From: Candidatus Thorarchaeota archaeon
GTDB taxonomy: Archaea; Asgardarchaeota; Thorarchaeia; Thorarchaeales; Thorarchaeaceae
Direction: 5' to 3'
DNA length: 64,000 nucleotides
NCBI GenBank assembly: GCA_016933575.1
Contig: JAFGAR010000101.1
Span: 64,001-128,000 of the forward strand
In this document: one piece after another, positions 10,055 through 19,642 of the stretch
How positions within the stretch are numbered: the first letter of the stretch is position 1
How the letters are laid out: each line of letters starts with the position of its first letter
Notes under the pieces: model-generated
Told to the model about the DNA's origin: nothing
The model's input: only the letters and a program-made list of their open reading frames with translations
The model's database searches: none
Made by a program: the position numbers and the translations under genes

Positions 10055-10246
10055 TGCTTCTCAATAGGTTCCATTCCGTTATTTGATTATCGTCTTTTCA
10101 TCTTTGTAGTATAATGGTAACATTATGTGACCCCATTTTGTGCCCATTCTTTATATACCAATTATCGAATAAACTAATAGAATTCGGTCTGAGACTTTAT
10201 CACTCAGAACGATTGTTAACGTGTGCTGGATTTGAGGTTTGAAAAA

Positions 10247-11323
10247 ATGAAACCAACCGATGACAATGAGGCTCCATCAGATGATACACCAATCGATGAT
10301 GAGGAGCCTTTTGATGTTGAAATAGAAATCAGACGAAAAAGGAAACTAAGGCGAAAGAGGTCTCCAGGACGTGAATATGCTTCTCTGATCAGCTTTGCTG
10401 CTTGGGCAATATTTACAGTCATCTGGCTATTCTTCTTTGCCAGTGGATACGGGCTCTTCCAGAATATCGCAGTTGTCTTCATTGCACTGTTGATCATTGG
10501 TGCTTTTAATGCATTAATTTGGATACCTTCTGTTGAAGGGCGTAAACCCAAAGCTAGTGCTGTAAGCGGAATTCTTTGGATCGCCTTTCTAATAATCTGG
10601 ATTATGTTCCTTGCAGTAGGCTTCGGATTTTATGAGAATATTGGTATTGCTCTTGCATCATTCTTGATAATAGGGGCTGTAAATATTCTACTATGGATGC
10701 CAAAGCATGGTGATGAGGGCGGTGCTAGAATAAGTGCCATATCTGCTGTCGGATGGTTGACTTTCCTTGTACTCTGGCTTCCATTTGCTGACAACTTCTC
10801 AGCTTCAATCTATCCGATTAATTTCTATCAGTCCGCATCAATCGTACTATTCTCATTACTATTGATGCTCATATTAGTGATTGCACCATGGAGAAACAAG
10901 ATGCAAATTACCATTGATGATCATGTATCTGTTGGATCTAGACCGAAGGCAACAATTGGATTACTATTCCTGTGGATACTTTTCTTGGCAATATGGATGT
11001 GGATCTTTGCTATTGATTTCTCAGGATATCAAAATTCAGCAGCTGTTCTATTCTCTTTTGCAATCTATGTTGCTATCACAATAGGATTATGGCTTCCATG
11101 GGCTCGACGTAGAGATGAAGGTCCAGAGAGTTGGTTCTCAATTGGACTGGCTTTTGCCTGGGTTCTTACATTGGCCTTGTGGTTCTGGTTCTTTGCTGAT
11201 AACTTCGACATGTACCAGAATCTAGCGATATTCCTTGTATCACTTCTAGCTATGGCAGCTATTAGTGGAAGTGCTCAATGGCTGAAATGGCATGACTTCG
11301 AAGCAATGGATTGGGAAGACTAA
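10247..11323 (+). CDS. hypothetical membrane protein with five tandem 2-TM hairpin repeats
   Basis: Five repeats of W-x2-F-x3-W...[YF][QE][NS]. ATG 10247 is preceded by GAGG. Confidence 0.8.
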   Translation: MKPTDDNEAPSDDTPIDDEEPFDVEIEIRRKRKLRRKRSPGREYASLISFAAWAIFTVIWLFFFASGYGLFQNIAVVFIALLIIGAFNALIWIPSVEGRKPKASAVSGILWIAFLIIWIMFLAVGFGFYENIGIALASFLIIGAVNILLWMPKHGDEGGARISAISAVGWLTFLVLWLPFADNFSASIYPINFYQSASIVLFSLLLMLILVIAPWRNKMQITIDDHVSVGSRPKATIGLLFLWILFLAIWMWIFAIDFSGYQNSAAVLFSFAIYVAITIGLWLPWARRRDEGPESWFSIGLAFAWVLTLALWFWFFADNFDMYQNLAIFLVSLLAMAAISGSAQWLKWHDFEAMDWED

Positions 11324-11367
11324 TTCAATTCAATGGTAGGATTCTTCCTACCATTATTCATTTTTTT

Positions 11368-12144
11368 CTAGTATGCTAACCAACCACCATCGACTGCAAG
11401 AGTATGACCTGTGATATATCTTGCATCATCACTGGCTAGGAAACATACTGCACCCCGAATCCATTCATTCTTAGCAAGCATTGGAAGCGCAGTTCTTGGT
11501 TCAATGAGTCTTTTTCTGATAGCATCGTCTTCCATAGCTCCTATTGACATCGAGGTTGGGAAGAAACCGGGTGCGATTGCATTCACTCGAATGTTATATT
11601 TTCCAAGTTCTACAGCTAGAGCTTTGGTCATAGTGACTAATCCACCCTTTGATGTGTAATATCCAATTTCTTCGAACTCAGTTCCACCAAATCCAAAGGT
11701 TGAGGAGATGTTAATAATTGACCCAGTCTTTTTTGGTATCATCACCTTCGCAACTTCACGACTGGCAAGGAAAGCTGAAGTCAGATTCACACTCATCACA
11801 ATATTCCAGTCATCCAGTGTCTGTTCGATTAGTGGTTTAACAACATACATTCCTGCGTTATTCACAAGAACATCAACAGTTCCGAACTCTTCCGAGGTTT
11901 TGTCCACCAGGCTGATAATATCACTTTCTTTGGAAACATCTGTCTGGATAGGTAATGCCTGAACGCCATATTTGGAACTTATATCATTAGCAACTTTTCT
12001 CAATAGTTCTTGACGTCTTGCTGCTAAAACAACATTCGCGCCTGCTTCAGCAAATGCATGTGCGAATTGCTCTCCAAGCCCTGCTGAAGCACCAGTTATT
12101 ATGACTGCTTTTCCCTTCAGGTTATATTTTTCCATTGTCTTCAC
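11368..12144 (-). CDS. short-chain dehydrogenase/reductase (FabG/KduD-like)
   Basis: TGASAGLG, NNAG, YYTSK, IRVNAIAPG and VDGG motifs. Confidence 0.93.
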   Translation of the reverse strand: MKTMEKYNLKGKAVIITGASAGLGEQFAHAFAEAGANVVLAARRQELLRKVANDISSKYGVQALPIQTDVSKESDIISLVDKTSEEFGTVDVLVNNAGMYVVKPLIEQTLDDWNIVMSVNLTSAFLASREVAKVMIPKKTGSIINISSTFGFGGTEFEEIGYYTSKGGLVTMTKALAVELGKYNIRVNAIAPGFFPTSMSIGAMEDDAIRKRLIEPRTALPMLAKNEWIRGAVCFLASDDARYITGHTLAVDGGWLAY

Positions 12145-12212
12145 CTGATATAGCGATGAATGGTGTTCATTCAGAACCCCCTAATAAAACTCAAGATAAA
12201 TCGTAGATATGA

Positions 12213-12677
12213 CTAGTCTGTTATTATCTTGATAAAGTAATTCTCAGATTTTACAAATCCATCTCTCTCATAGAGCCCTCTACTCATCTTTGTATCATGA
12301 AGAGTCATCTTATCAATTCCTTTCTCCCTGCATACTTGCGTTATATGTGTGAGTAGCAGTCTTGCTACACCTCTGCCTCTTCTTCGGGGTTCTACAAACA
12401 TATTGAAGAGATATGCATACCTACCACTTGGATTATTGTAAGTTGGAAATGCAATCCCAAAACTTACAGCACAACTTCCGATTACCTTGCTATCCTCTAT
12501 TGCTAAGTAACAACTGATATTTGGATTCCAAGGTTCCTGGAGAAATTTCAGAGTTGCCTCACGGGTTGCAGCAATTTGCTCATCCGACCATCCCATTGAT
12601 GTGACCATTCCCACACGATGATGAAGTATTACTGGGATGTCTTCTATAGTGGCTTCTCTTATGTGAATCATTGACAT
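12213..12677 (-). CDS. GNAT family acetyltransferase
   Basis: MFVEPRRRGRGVA and LYERDGF. Start chosen at MSMIHIREA. Confidence 0.87.
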   Translation of the reverse strand: MSMIHIREATIEDIPVILHHRVGMVTSMGWSDEQIAATREATLKFLQEPWNPNISCYLAIEDSKVIGSCAVSFGIAFPTYNNPSGRYAYLFNMFVEPRRRGRGVARLLLTHITQVCREKGIDKMTLHDTKMSRGLYERDGFVKSENYFIKIITD

Positions 12678-12740
12678 AGATCTTCGAAGTGCAAAGGCTT
12701 TGGTTTGCATTAAGGATGTATCCAATGACGCATTGAATTG

Positions 12741-13715
12741 TTATTCGGGCGTGGGCAAGTCACATGGTTCAATGGACTCTACGTTCGTTTGTTTCTTACG
12801 AAGCTGATAGAGCCTGAGTAGTCCAACTGGTACGACTATAATCAACCAGATAGTGACGTCGCCTAGGGTTGAGAGTAATCCTCTGTTACCTTCAGGATCT
12901 AGCCACATTTGTCCAAGTTTCATCATCGTTATTAAAGGCAGGACCAAGATCAATCCGAATATCTGCTTTAGTCTAACAGCATTGACTTTGCATGAAAGTC
13001 TTGATCCAATTTGGCCTCCTATCAACATGCCAAAACCTAGAGCAATCGCAAAATACACATTCACTGAACCAAGGTACAAATTCATTGCAGTTCCTGCGGA
13101 AGCTGTGAACATCATAATGAACATAGAAGTCGCTACTGCGGCATGCATTGGAACTCCCATAAGTATGCTAAGAACTGGAACTACTACTGCTCCACCTCCG
13201 AGACCTAACAGACCTGCTGATATGCCTCCAACAAGCGCACCAAAGAGAGCGATTCCCCATTGTCGTCTACTGATATTGGATATGTCCCATGCTGCTAGCT
13301 CTGATTTTAGGTCCCCCTTACCACGTTTCTTAGCAAATAACATCTTCAAAGCGAGAGGCATTAGAGAAACTCCAAAGATAATTCGAAGCACATAGGGAGC
13401 TTGAATCATTGTTCGTAGTACAACGCCGAATAGAGAGCCTGGAACTGTAAGGAGTGCAAGGAGTAACCCAACCTTAGGAATGATTGGACGTGGAGTCTGT
13501 TTCCAGTATGTTACTGCACCTGCAATTGATACAAATAATGCTCCAACAAGTGCTGTAGACGGTGCAGTCTGCTCGTTGAATATCGAGTAGAACACAATAA
13601 GAAGAAGGGGTGTATTCAAAGTGCCTCCGCCTATACCAATCATGGATGATAGAACTCCTACACCAGTAGCAAAGACTGCGACGAAGACAATATCAATCAT
13701 CAAGAATTCTTGCAT
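12741..13715 (-). CDS. TauE/SafE family sulfite exporter
   Basis: Two GIGGG/GLGGG...P repeats, AVATS, multi-TM. Confidence 0.88.
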   Translation of the reverse strand: MQEFLMIDIVFVAVFATGVGVLSSMIGIGGGTLNTPLLLIVFYSIFNEQTAPSTALVGALFVSIAGAVTYWKQTPRPIIPKVGLLLALLTVPGSLFGVVLRTMIQAPYVLRIIFGVSLMPLALKMLFAKKRGKGDLKSELAAWDISNISRRQWGIALFGALVGGISAGLLGLGGGAVVVPVLSILMGVPMHAAVATSMFIMMFTASAGTAMNLYLGSVNVYFAIALGFGMLIGGQIGSRLSCKVNAVRLKQIFGLILVLPLITMMKLGQMWLDPEGNRGLLSTLGDVTIWLIIVVPVGLLRLYQLRKKQTNVESIEPCDLPTPE

Positions 13716-13789
13716 GAAGGCACCTTCTATTGGCGGTTGACCATAATGAGGGATACTTAAGGAATCCGCTATGGTGATTTCCAGGAATC

Positions 13790-14221
13790 CTAATCTGGGC
13801 TATTTCTACGTGCTATGAAATACAATCCTGCAAACAGGACAAGTAATCCGAAGAATATTACAATAGCCGCAAAATTAGCCTCTTCAATTGTTGTGGCAAA
13901 GGAATTGACCACTAATCCCGCTGCGATGATGATGAATCCGATGAGTGCTGTCAGTTTTCCAGGTTTTGTATTATAATTTAAGAAACTAGGTGGTTTATCC
14001 TCCCTTGGTATGACTGGTGCTTCAGAGACCTTAACAGAGCTCTTGAAGAAACGCACTTTGTCTTCAGTGAGAGTTCCATTCAATCTTCCTTCACTAACAA
14101 GATTGCCAATCATTGTGATAACATCATCAGGATCAATACCGAGTCTCTCACCCATTGTTACAATGGCGCTGACATTCTCTTCCATTATGATCTGAATTAG
14201 AAGCTGTTTTTTGTCTTCCAT
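13790..14221 (-). CDS. PCI-like winged-helix protein with two C-terminal TM helices
   Basis: MGERLGIDPDDVITMIGNLVSEGRLNGTL resembles a PCI/WH recognition helix and wing. Two hydrophobic helices at the C-terminus. Confidence 0.65.
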   Translation of the reverse strand: MEDKKQLLIQIIMEENVSAIVTMGERLGIDPDDVITMIGNLVSEGRLNGTLTEDKVRFFKSSVKVSEAPVIPREDKPPSFLNYNTKPGKLTALIGFIIIAAGLVVNSFATTIEEANFAAIVIFFGLLVLFAGLYFIARRNSPD

Positions 14222-14371
14222 AGGCCTACACACAACTGATTCTATTCATGTAATGAAACGGGCAAGTTGTCCTGTTTTCATTTCGAATATACATATTTCC
14301 TTACATGCATACCCAAGAGGCTTAGACCAATTACCTTATAGAGTGCAAATTTTGCCTCGATGTGACTGTCA

Positions 14372-15040
14372 ATGACACTAGGCGATAATGTTGATGTAGT
14401 TGCTCCGAAAAAATGGATGGATGGCTGGGATAAAATCTACAGTCAGTTGCTCCAGAAAACAGATGATGAACTGGCTCGTGTCGATGTTGGACATCGAGTG
14501 CAGCAATTGGAACATGCACTGGCAATTACAGAAACTAATACAATAGGCTTGAAGGTTCTTGAACTAGGTTCTGGTGAAGGTAATGTTGCTTGCTATCTTG
14601 CTAAACTGGGTTGCAAAATTGTTGCAGTTGATGCTTTAGCTAGCGCGATAGCTGTAGCTCAAAGAAAAACCAAGATTTTGGGCTTGTTTGAGCAAATTGA
14701 GTTTCGGCTTGATGATATGGATGGTTGGCCAATACCAGCTAATAATTATGATATAGTAATTGCAATCCAGTCTCTTCAATACCTATTCGATAGGACTATA
14801 CCTCGACTCCGAGAAGCAATGGATGCAGTACAGCCTGGAGGATTCTTTGTCTATAGTGGCAATATTCTCCCGCATTTTGAAACTGATCCTCCGATACGAT
14901 TCATCTCAGAGGAAGAGATTCGCAGAGAGTTCAAAGATTGGACACTGCATGCCTTTGGAACTGAAGAAATCCTGCGAAAACCTGATGATCTACGAGGCTA
15001 TGTTTGGCTCATCGCACGAAAACCAATGATACACAAATGA
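14372..15040 (+). CDS. class I SAM-dependent methyltransferase
   Basis: VLELGSGEG, VAVDA, YDIVI and VQPGG motifs. Confidence 0.88.
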   Translation: MTLGDNVDVVAPKKWMDGWDKIYSQLLQKTDDELARVDVGHRVQQLEHALAITETNTIGLKVLELGSGEGNVACYLAKLGCKIVAVDALASAIAVAQRKTKILGLFEQIEFRLDDMDGWPIPANNYDIVIAIQSLQYLFDRTIPRLREAMDAVQPGGFFVYSGNILPHFETDPPIRFISEEEIRREFKDWTLHAFGTEEILRKPDDLRGYVWLIARKPMIHK

Positions 15041-15041
15041 C

Positions 15042-15890
15042 CTAGGATTTGATACCCCAGAAGACGACTTCGCCAAAATGCTTCTCGTACTCTCCATAGT
15101 TTGAGAAGTGTTTTTTCATAATTGTCCTAATTTCAAGTCCTTCAACAATTCCAAGCTCAGGAAACATAGTATTTCCTGTAATTCGAATGAACTCACTTAG
15201 TGTTGGTTTTGCAGGTTCATCAAAAAAGACAAGAGGCGCTGTAATCTTCAAAATTCCTCCTTTTGTAAGTACTCGCTTGCATTCAGAAATAGCGTATGGG
15301 AGTTGTGTTCGTGGAGGCACACCTCTCATACTGATCTGATTAAAGGTTTCATCTTTCGTTTCAATTTTTAATAGGTCACTTCCTACAGTCTTGTAGTCGA
15401 TACCTGTCTTACTTAGAATCTCATCAGAACCAATAATACATATTCTAACATTCTTGGAAGATGCTAATACGTCTCTAATTTCTATGAGATTATCAACAGT
15501 CAAATGAGGGAAAGCAGCAAATAGAATTGTTCCCTCAAAATTTCTGACATTAGGCACATGCCCTAGATTGTACAGTCCTCCAGAGTAGGAGGATCTGAAA
15601 GCATTGTAGAAATGAAGAATTATTTCTAATCCATTTTTCAGACTGTCAATTAGATATTCATCAGCATCAGGTCCCTGCTCATACATTCTCCTATATGGTC
15701 CCAAAGGTCCGGGTTGTAGGGCACTTACTACGAGCTTTTCAGACTCCATAGATTTTAGCAATTTAGGTAGTCTTGTCCTCTTAGGGTCTGAGAAGTCTGA
15801 TATTGAATGAATGATGTCGTAGATTGATAGAGGACACTCATCTAATGTTAACAAAATCTTTCTTTTTAGATCAGAGGTCTCAGCCTTCAT
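15042..15890 (-). CDS. PadR-like winged-helix protein fused to a degenerate methyltransferase-like domain
   Basis: N-terminal wHTH (LLKSMESEKLV...GPYRRMY). C-terminal SECKRVLTKGGILKI is the class I MTase motif III, but no GxG motif I is visible. Confidence 0.6.
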   Translation of the reverse strand: MKAETSDLKRKILLTLDECPLSIYDIIHSISDFSDPKRTRLPKLLKSMESEKLVVSALQPGPLGPYRRMYEQGPDADEYLIDSLKNGLEIILHFYNAFRSSYSGGLYNLGHVPNVRNFEGTILFAAFPHLTVDNLIEIRDVLASSKNVRICIIGSDEILSKTGIDYKTVGSDLLKIETKDETFNQISMRGVPPRTQLPYAISECKRVLTKGGILKITAPLVFFDEPAKPTLSEFIRITGNTMFPELGIVEGLEIRTIMKKHFSNYGEYEKHFGEVVFWGIKS

Positions 15891-16025
15891 AAAATCTCAC
15901 CTTGATATTGCAGGGATAGGGATTCCTTAATTATGAAACGTTCAACGCCAACTAACATTGGCAAAGAGACTGCTTCAATGATGTTTCTTATTACTAAATT
16001 CTCATCGAATATTCAGGGTTCTAAT

Positions 16026-16232
16026 ATGAAGCATTGTCAAGTGTGTGGATTGCTGCTTGACGAGTTCACGAAGTGTACTGAAGCGGGTCAAGGTGACTAC
16101 TGCATTTATTGTGCGAGTCTAAAAACAAAGAGTAATCTGAAGAGCGACGTACGCAGGATGATTCTCGAATTCTGGACGAAACGGGTAAAGAGTGGCCATA
16201 CTCCAAAAAAAGAGGCGCAATTTGCTTCTTGA
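16026..16232 (+). CDS. small zinc-ribbon protein
   Basis: CQVCG...TE...DYCIYC, similar to the putative Zn_ribbon_2 pattern. Start at MKHCQ. Confidence 0.55.
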   Translation: MKHCQVCGLLLDEFTKCTEAGQGDYCIYCASLKTKSNLKSDVRRMILEFWTKRVKSGHTPKKEAQFAS

Positions 16233-16236
16233 TTCC

Positions 16237-16749
16237 CTAGCTCTTCTTCTCACCAAGTTTTGATGCTTTCTCATACAACCGTATTATCAGATCTATCTCA
16301 TTATCCATCTGTTCTAAATGCGTTAGGAATTCTTTATGCTTCTGGACGTCCTGTTTTTTCATTTTTGCTATTATGAGTTGCAAGGAATTCTTCAGGTGAA
16401 CATTCTGTTCAATTGAGTCTTGGAATCTTTTTACAACTATATCACCCATGTCCGATGCCATGTAGTATTTCCTTTCGCGTTTTCCACGTTCATTGATTTC
16501 TTCTGTGTAATTCAAAAAGCCCATTTCTACGATTGTATCTAGAAGCCTTGAAATTGTGCTTACAGACCTATCTATGTAATCCGCTATTTCCTGTTGGGTT
16601 AGCCCATCTTCCGGCCTTGTTGCTTTGTATGATATAATTGCATAGACCTTGCCCATTCCTTTTGGCATCCCACGATCCTCATAGAATCTACCAACTACAC
16701 CCATGTATTCCTGTTCAAAAGGAGTAAGCAGAGATTCTCGTAGATTCAT
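16237..16749 (-). CDS. GbsR/MarR family transcriptional regulator
   Basis: GMPKGMGKVY...LTQQEIADYIDRSVSTISRLL...ERKYY. Confidence 0.88.
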   Translation of the reverse strand: MNLRESLLTPFEQEYMGVVGRFYEDRGMPKGMGKVYAIISYKATRPEDGLTQQEIADYIDRSVSTISRLLDTIVEMGFLNYTEEINERGKRERKYYMASDMGDIVVKRFQDSIEQNVHLKNSLQLIIAKMKKQDVQKHKEFLTHLEQMDNEIDLIIRLYEKASKLGEKKS

Positions 16750-16786
16750 ATTCGCCAGTTACTTCTTACCACATTAGCATATTAAG

Positions 16787-16822
16787 TTTTATTTTTTGCA
16801 AAATTGTGCAAATAATAAAATA
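16787..16822. promoter_or_regulatory. palindromic operator copy 1 (TTTTATT-NN-TTGCA-AAATTG-TGCAA-AT-AATAAAA)
   Basis: Imperfect palindrome. Bases 16796-16822 (27 bp) are identical to 16963-16989. Lies about 40-70 nt upstream of the regulator's ATG. Confidence 0.7.
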
Positions 16823-16951
16823 ATAAAATGTTTTCTTCAGTTGGACTGTGCCAGTAATTCTCAATATTTATTCTATGCAACAATTACTGATCAATCACAA
16901 GTTATTAACTCGGAGGCAGTAAGAAACCGAAATGCATCATGATATTGATAT

Positions 16952-16989
16952 TATTTTATTAATTGCAAAATTGTGCAAATAATAAAATA
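16952..16989. promoter_or_regulatory. palindromic operator copy 2
   Basis: TATTTTATTAATTGCA-AAATTG-TGCAAATAATAAAATA, a 38-bp near-perfect palindrome upstream of corA. Confidence 0.7.
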
Positions 16990-17067
16990 TACTGCATTTT
17001 AGTCATCCTAACGTATGTAATCCTCACTTTCTAATAGTATGAGATGTTGTGCAAGTAAGTGGGTCTG

Positions 17068-18126
17068 ATGAGTCAGGATGATACTCGAGAGAAAGTGGGA
17101 TTTCCACCGGGTACAGTAATACACACAGGACCAAAAAGAACTGAAAGGGTAATTATTAACATAACCGAATTCTTCGAAGGAGAAATTAGGGAATATGAGG
17201 TTGATTCAATCGAAGATTGTTCTCCAATCCAAAAAGAAGGTGCAATAAAATGGGTTCATGTGAAAGGTGTCCATGATGTAGATATCGTGCAGCAAATCTG
17301 CGAGTATTATGATGTACATCCCCTTATCATTGAAGATATACCAAGTGTTGGCCAACGCCCCAAGATAGAGGTCATGTCTCAGGGCATCTATATTGTCCTA
17401 AGATCTTATGATATCGATGAAAAAACCGAAGAAGTGTCGTCTGAGCAAGTTTCGATTGTATTCGGCAAGGATTTCATATTAACGTTTCAAGAGAATCCAT
17501 TAGACATATTTGAATCAATACATACTCGAATTCGTCAACCTGAAGGACGGATTCGTAATGCAGGTCCCGATTATTTAGTCTATACTTTCTTGGACCTGAT
17601 AGTAGACAAATATTTTGCAGTCTTGGAGTGTATAGGTGATCGAATTGAGGACCTTGAGGACGATCTTATTGAAATTGGCTCCACAGATATGTTGACTCAT
17701 ATTTATCAACTAAAGAGATTACTCCTTGCTTTCAGGAGACACATATGGCCACTAAGGCAAGTAGTACTAAAGCTTCAGAGGGATGTTCCTACTCAAATCC
17801 AAGAAGAAACTCAAGTTTTCCTTAGAGATCTATATGATCATGTCATTCGAGTAACAGACCACGTCGAAACATATAGAGAGTCAATAACAGGAATGCTCGA
17901 TATCTACCTTTCAAGGATAAGCAACAAAATGAATGAAGTTATGCAGGTTCTGACTGTCATCTCTACTGTCTTCATTCCATTGACCTTAATGGCATCAATC
18001 TATGGCATGAATTGGCAATGGATTCCTGAACTGGAGTTCTATTATGGATATCCAGTCTTTATTGCTCTCATGGTAATTGTTGCTTTGATTCTAATCTCCT
18101 ATTTTAGAAGGATTGGATGGATATAG
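17068..18126 (+). CDS. corA: magnesium/cobalt transporter CorA
   Basis: HPLIIEDI, QRPK, MNEVMQVLT and the YGMN signature, with 2 C-terminal TMs. Confidence 0.95.
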   Translation: MSQDDTREKVGFPPGTVIHTGPKRTERVIINITEFFEGEIREYEVDSIEDCSPIQKEGAIKWVHVKGVHDVDIVQQICEYYDVHPLIIEDIPSVGQRPKIEVMSQGIYIVLRSYDIDEKTEEVSSEQVSIVFGKDFILTFQENPLDIFESIHTRIRQPEGRIRNAGPDYLVYTFLDLIVDKYFAVLECIGDRIEDLEDDLIEIGSTDMLTHIYQLKRLLLAFRRHIWPLRQVVLKLQRDVPTQIQEETQVFLRDLYDHVIRVTDHVETYRESITGMLDIYLSRISNKMNEVMQVLTVISTVFIPLTLMASIYGMNWQWIPELEFYYGYPVFIALMVIVALILISYFRRIGWI

Positions 18127-18150
18127 TGCTCTCTATTTACTAAAGCAAAT

Positions 18151-19053
18151 TTAGATTGCAATCACGACAAGCATTACTCCAAAAACTGTCAATAACACGC
18201 CTAGAATAGAGCGAAAGCTAAAACCCTCCTTGAGGGCATAAATAGAGATTGGCATTGCGAATAGTGGTGAAGTAGAACCAAGGAGTGCTGCAATTGAAGC
18301 ACCAATCATTTTCACAGTATATGTATAAAGTAAGGATCCTAGAGTCATGCCCAAAAATCCAGCTGCCATCACAATTTTGATTGATCTCCTAGTTGGAAGC
18401 GGCATTCCAGTCTTGTAGGCTGTAATAAAAAGAGGCACAAAGATAGCACCGCCAAAGAGCATCCTAAGGAAGTTTGCATCAATAGGTTCCACATTCTCTA
18501 CGCCTAATTGAAGCAGCACACTACCCACTGACCAACATACAGCAGCTAACAATGCAAGACCTATACCAAGGGCATCAAGTTGAGCTCTTCCTTCATTCCT
18601 ATTCTTAACAGCCTGTTCTCTAGAAATTATAGTGACTCCAAGGACTGCTATGATTATGCCTACGAGTCGACTGTAGATTATGGTCTCGTTCAAAAAGAAA
18701 ATGGCGATGATATATGTTAGAATCGGGTAAATATTCGCTATTGGAAAAGCGTAGGAAACTCCGATTTTCTCTTGACTGATTAGATAGACAAGATCTCCTG
18801 TGACTAAACCAATCGTTACTGATGCGAGGAGAAAGATAGCTGATTCTAATGGCATATAGAATGGTGTTGTTCTAAACGGCAAGATGACAATAAATGCCAT
18901 GAATGCCATAGCAGCCCACATCTTTAGAGCTGAAATTGCCAGAGGAGTCGCCTTGCCACTTTGAGACTTGTAGACATTTGTGGATATAGCCCACAAGAAT
19001 GATGTGAATAGACCAATACCAATTCCAAGGAGGAATTCAGGAGTCAGTTGCAT
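18151..19053 (-). CDS. DMT/EamA family transporter
   Basis: About 10 TMs in two EamA repeats. Confidence 0.88.
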   Translation of the reverse strand: MQLTPEFLLGIGIGLFTSFLWAISTNVYKSQSGKATPLAISALKMWAAMAFMAFIVILPFRTTPFYMPLESAIFLLASVTIGLVTGDLVYLISQEKIGVSYAFPIANIYPILTYIIAIFFLNETIIYSRLVGIIIAVLGVTIISREQAVKNRNEGRAQLDALGIGLALLAAVCWSVGSVLLQLGVENVEPIDANFLRMLFGGAIFVPLFITAYKTGMPLPTRRSIKIVMAAGFLGMTLGSLLYTYTVKMIGASIAALLGSTSPLFAMPISIYALKEGFSFRSILGVLLTVFGVMLVVIAI

Positions 19054-19114
19054 ATGGCAATCAGAATTTCTGAAAGAAATGCTCCTATTGAAGCTATTCT
19101 AATGACACTTCTAA

Positions 19115-19546
19115 TCATAGACTGCGTTCTTCGACATCAATTGTAGCCATGCAATAGGGACATTTAGCCTGCAATGGACCCACCCAATCAACCTCTTCAG
19201 TACTGATTGATGCTGCGCAAGAGGGACATCTAGAAGGTACTTGATAGATTGATTTTCTCTCTCTTCTGGAAGATGAGTGCCCGTGGCTTACGGAGCCACC
19301 GGTCTGGGGCTCATGATCATAACTGTAAGTCTGACACCTTTGAATGGGTAAATCTTTCTGTTTTTTGGTAAATATTATAGCTAAGCAAAATACAACTCCA
19401 AATGCACCCATTCCAAAGGCGATTAGAGGAAAGAAAAATGGCGCACTCATTTGTAGTGCAAAGTACCCCATACCAAAAGCGGTCAAGCACCAAATAATCA
19501 TAAAACATCCAATAACGATTTTTCCTGATATTGCTCCTTGACTCAT
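19115..19546 (-). CDS. 2-TM protein with C-terminal CxxC..WVGP..CxxC zinc ribbon
   Basis: CPSCAAS...DWVGPLQAKCPYC. Paralog at 24988-25398. Confidence 0.75.
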   Translation of the reverse strand: MSQGAISGKIVIGCFMIIWCLTAFGMGYFALQMSAPFFFPLIAFGMGAFGVVFCLAIIFTKKQKDLPIQRCQTYSYDHEPQTGGSVSHGHSSSRRERKSIYQVPSRCPSCAASISTEEVDWVGPLQAKCPYCMATIDVEERSL

Positions 19547-19642
19547 ACTTTCAACCTCGAGCTGTCTGTATTTTGAAATGATTTAAAGTCTTTAGTCTAC
19601 ATTCATAGAAACAGACAGAAATTATGGAAGTGCAATGTTGAA

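Noticed and set aside
12853-13395. Long antisense ORFs (e.g. 12853-13395, 47006-47512, 57033-57530, 25707-26141, 51120-51539) and other short overlapping ORFs
   Set aside because: They are shadows of well-supported genes on the opposite strand or frame, with no motifs.
16787-16989. 27-bp direct repeat as a mini-CRISPR or IS end
   Set aside because: Only two copies, 140 bp between them, AT-rich and palindromic, with no cas or transposase gene. It fits an operator better.
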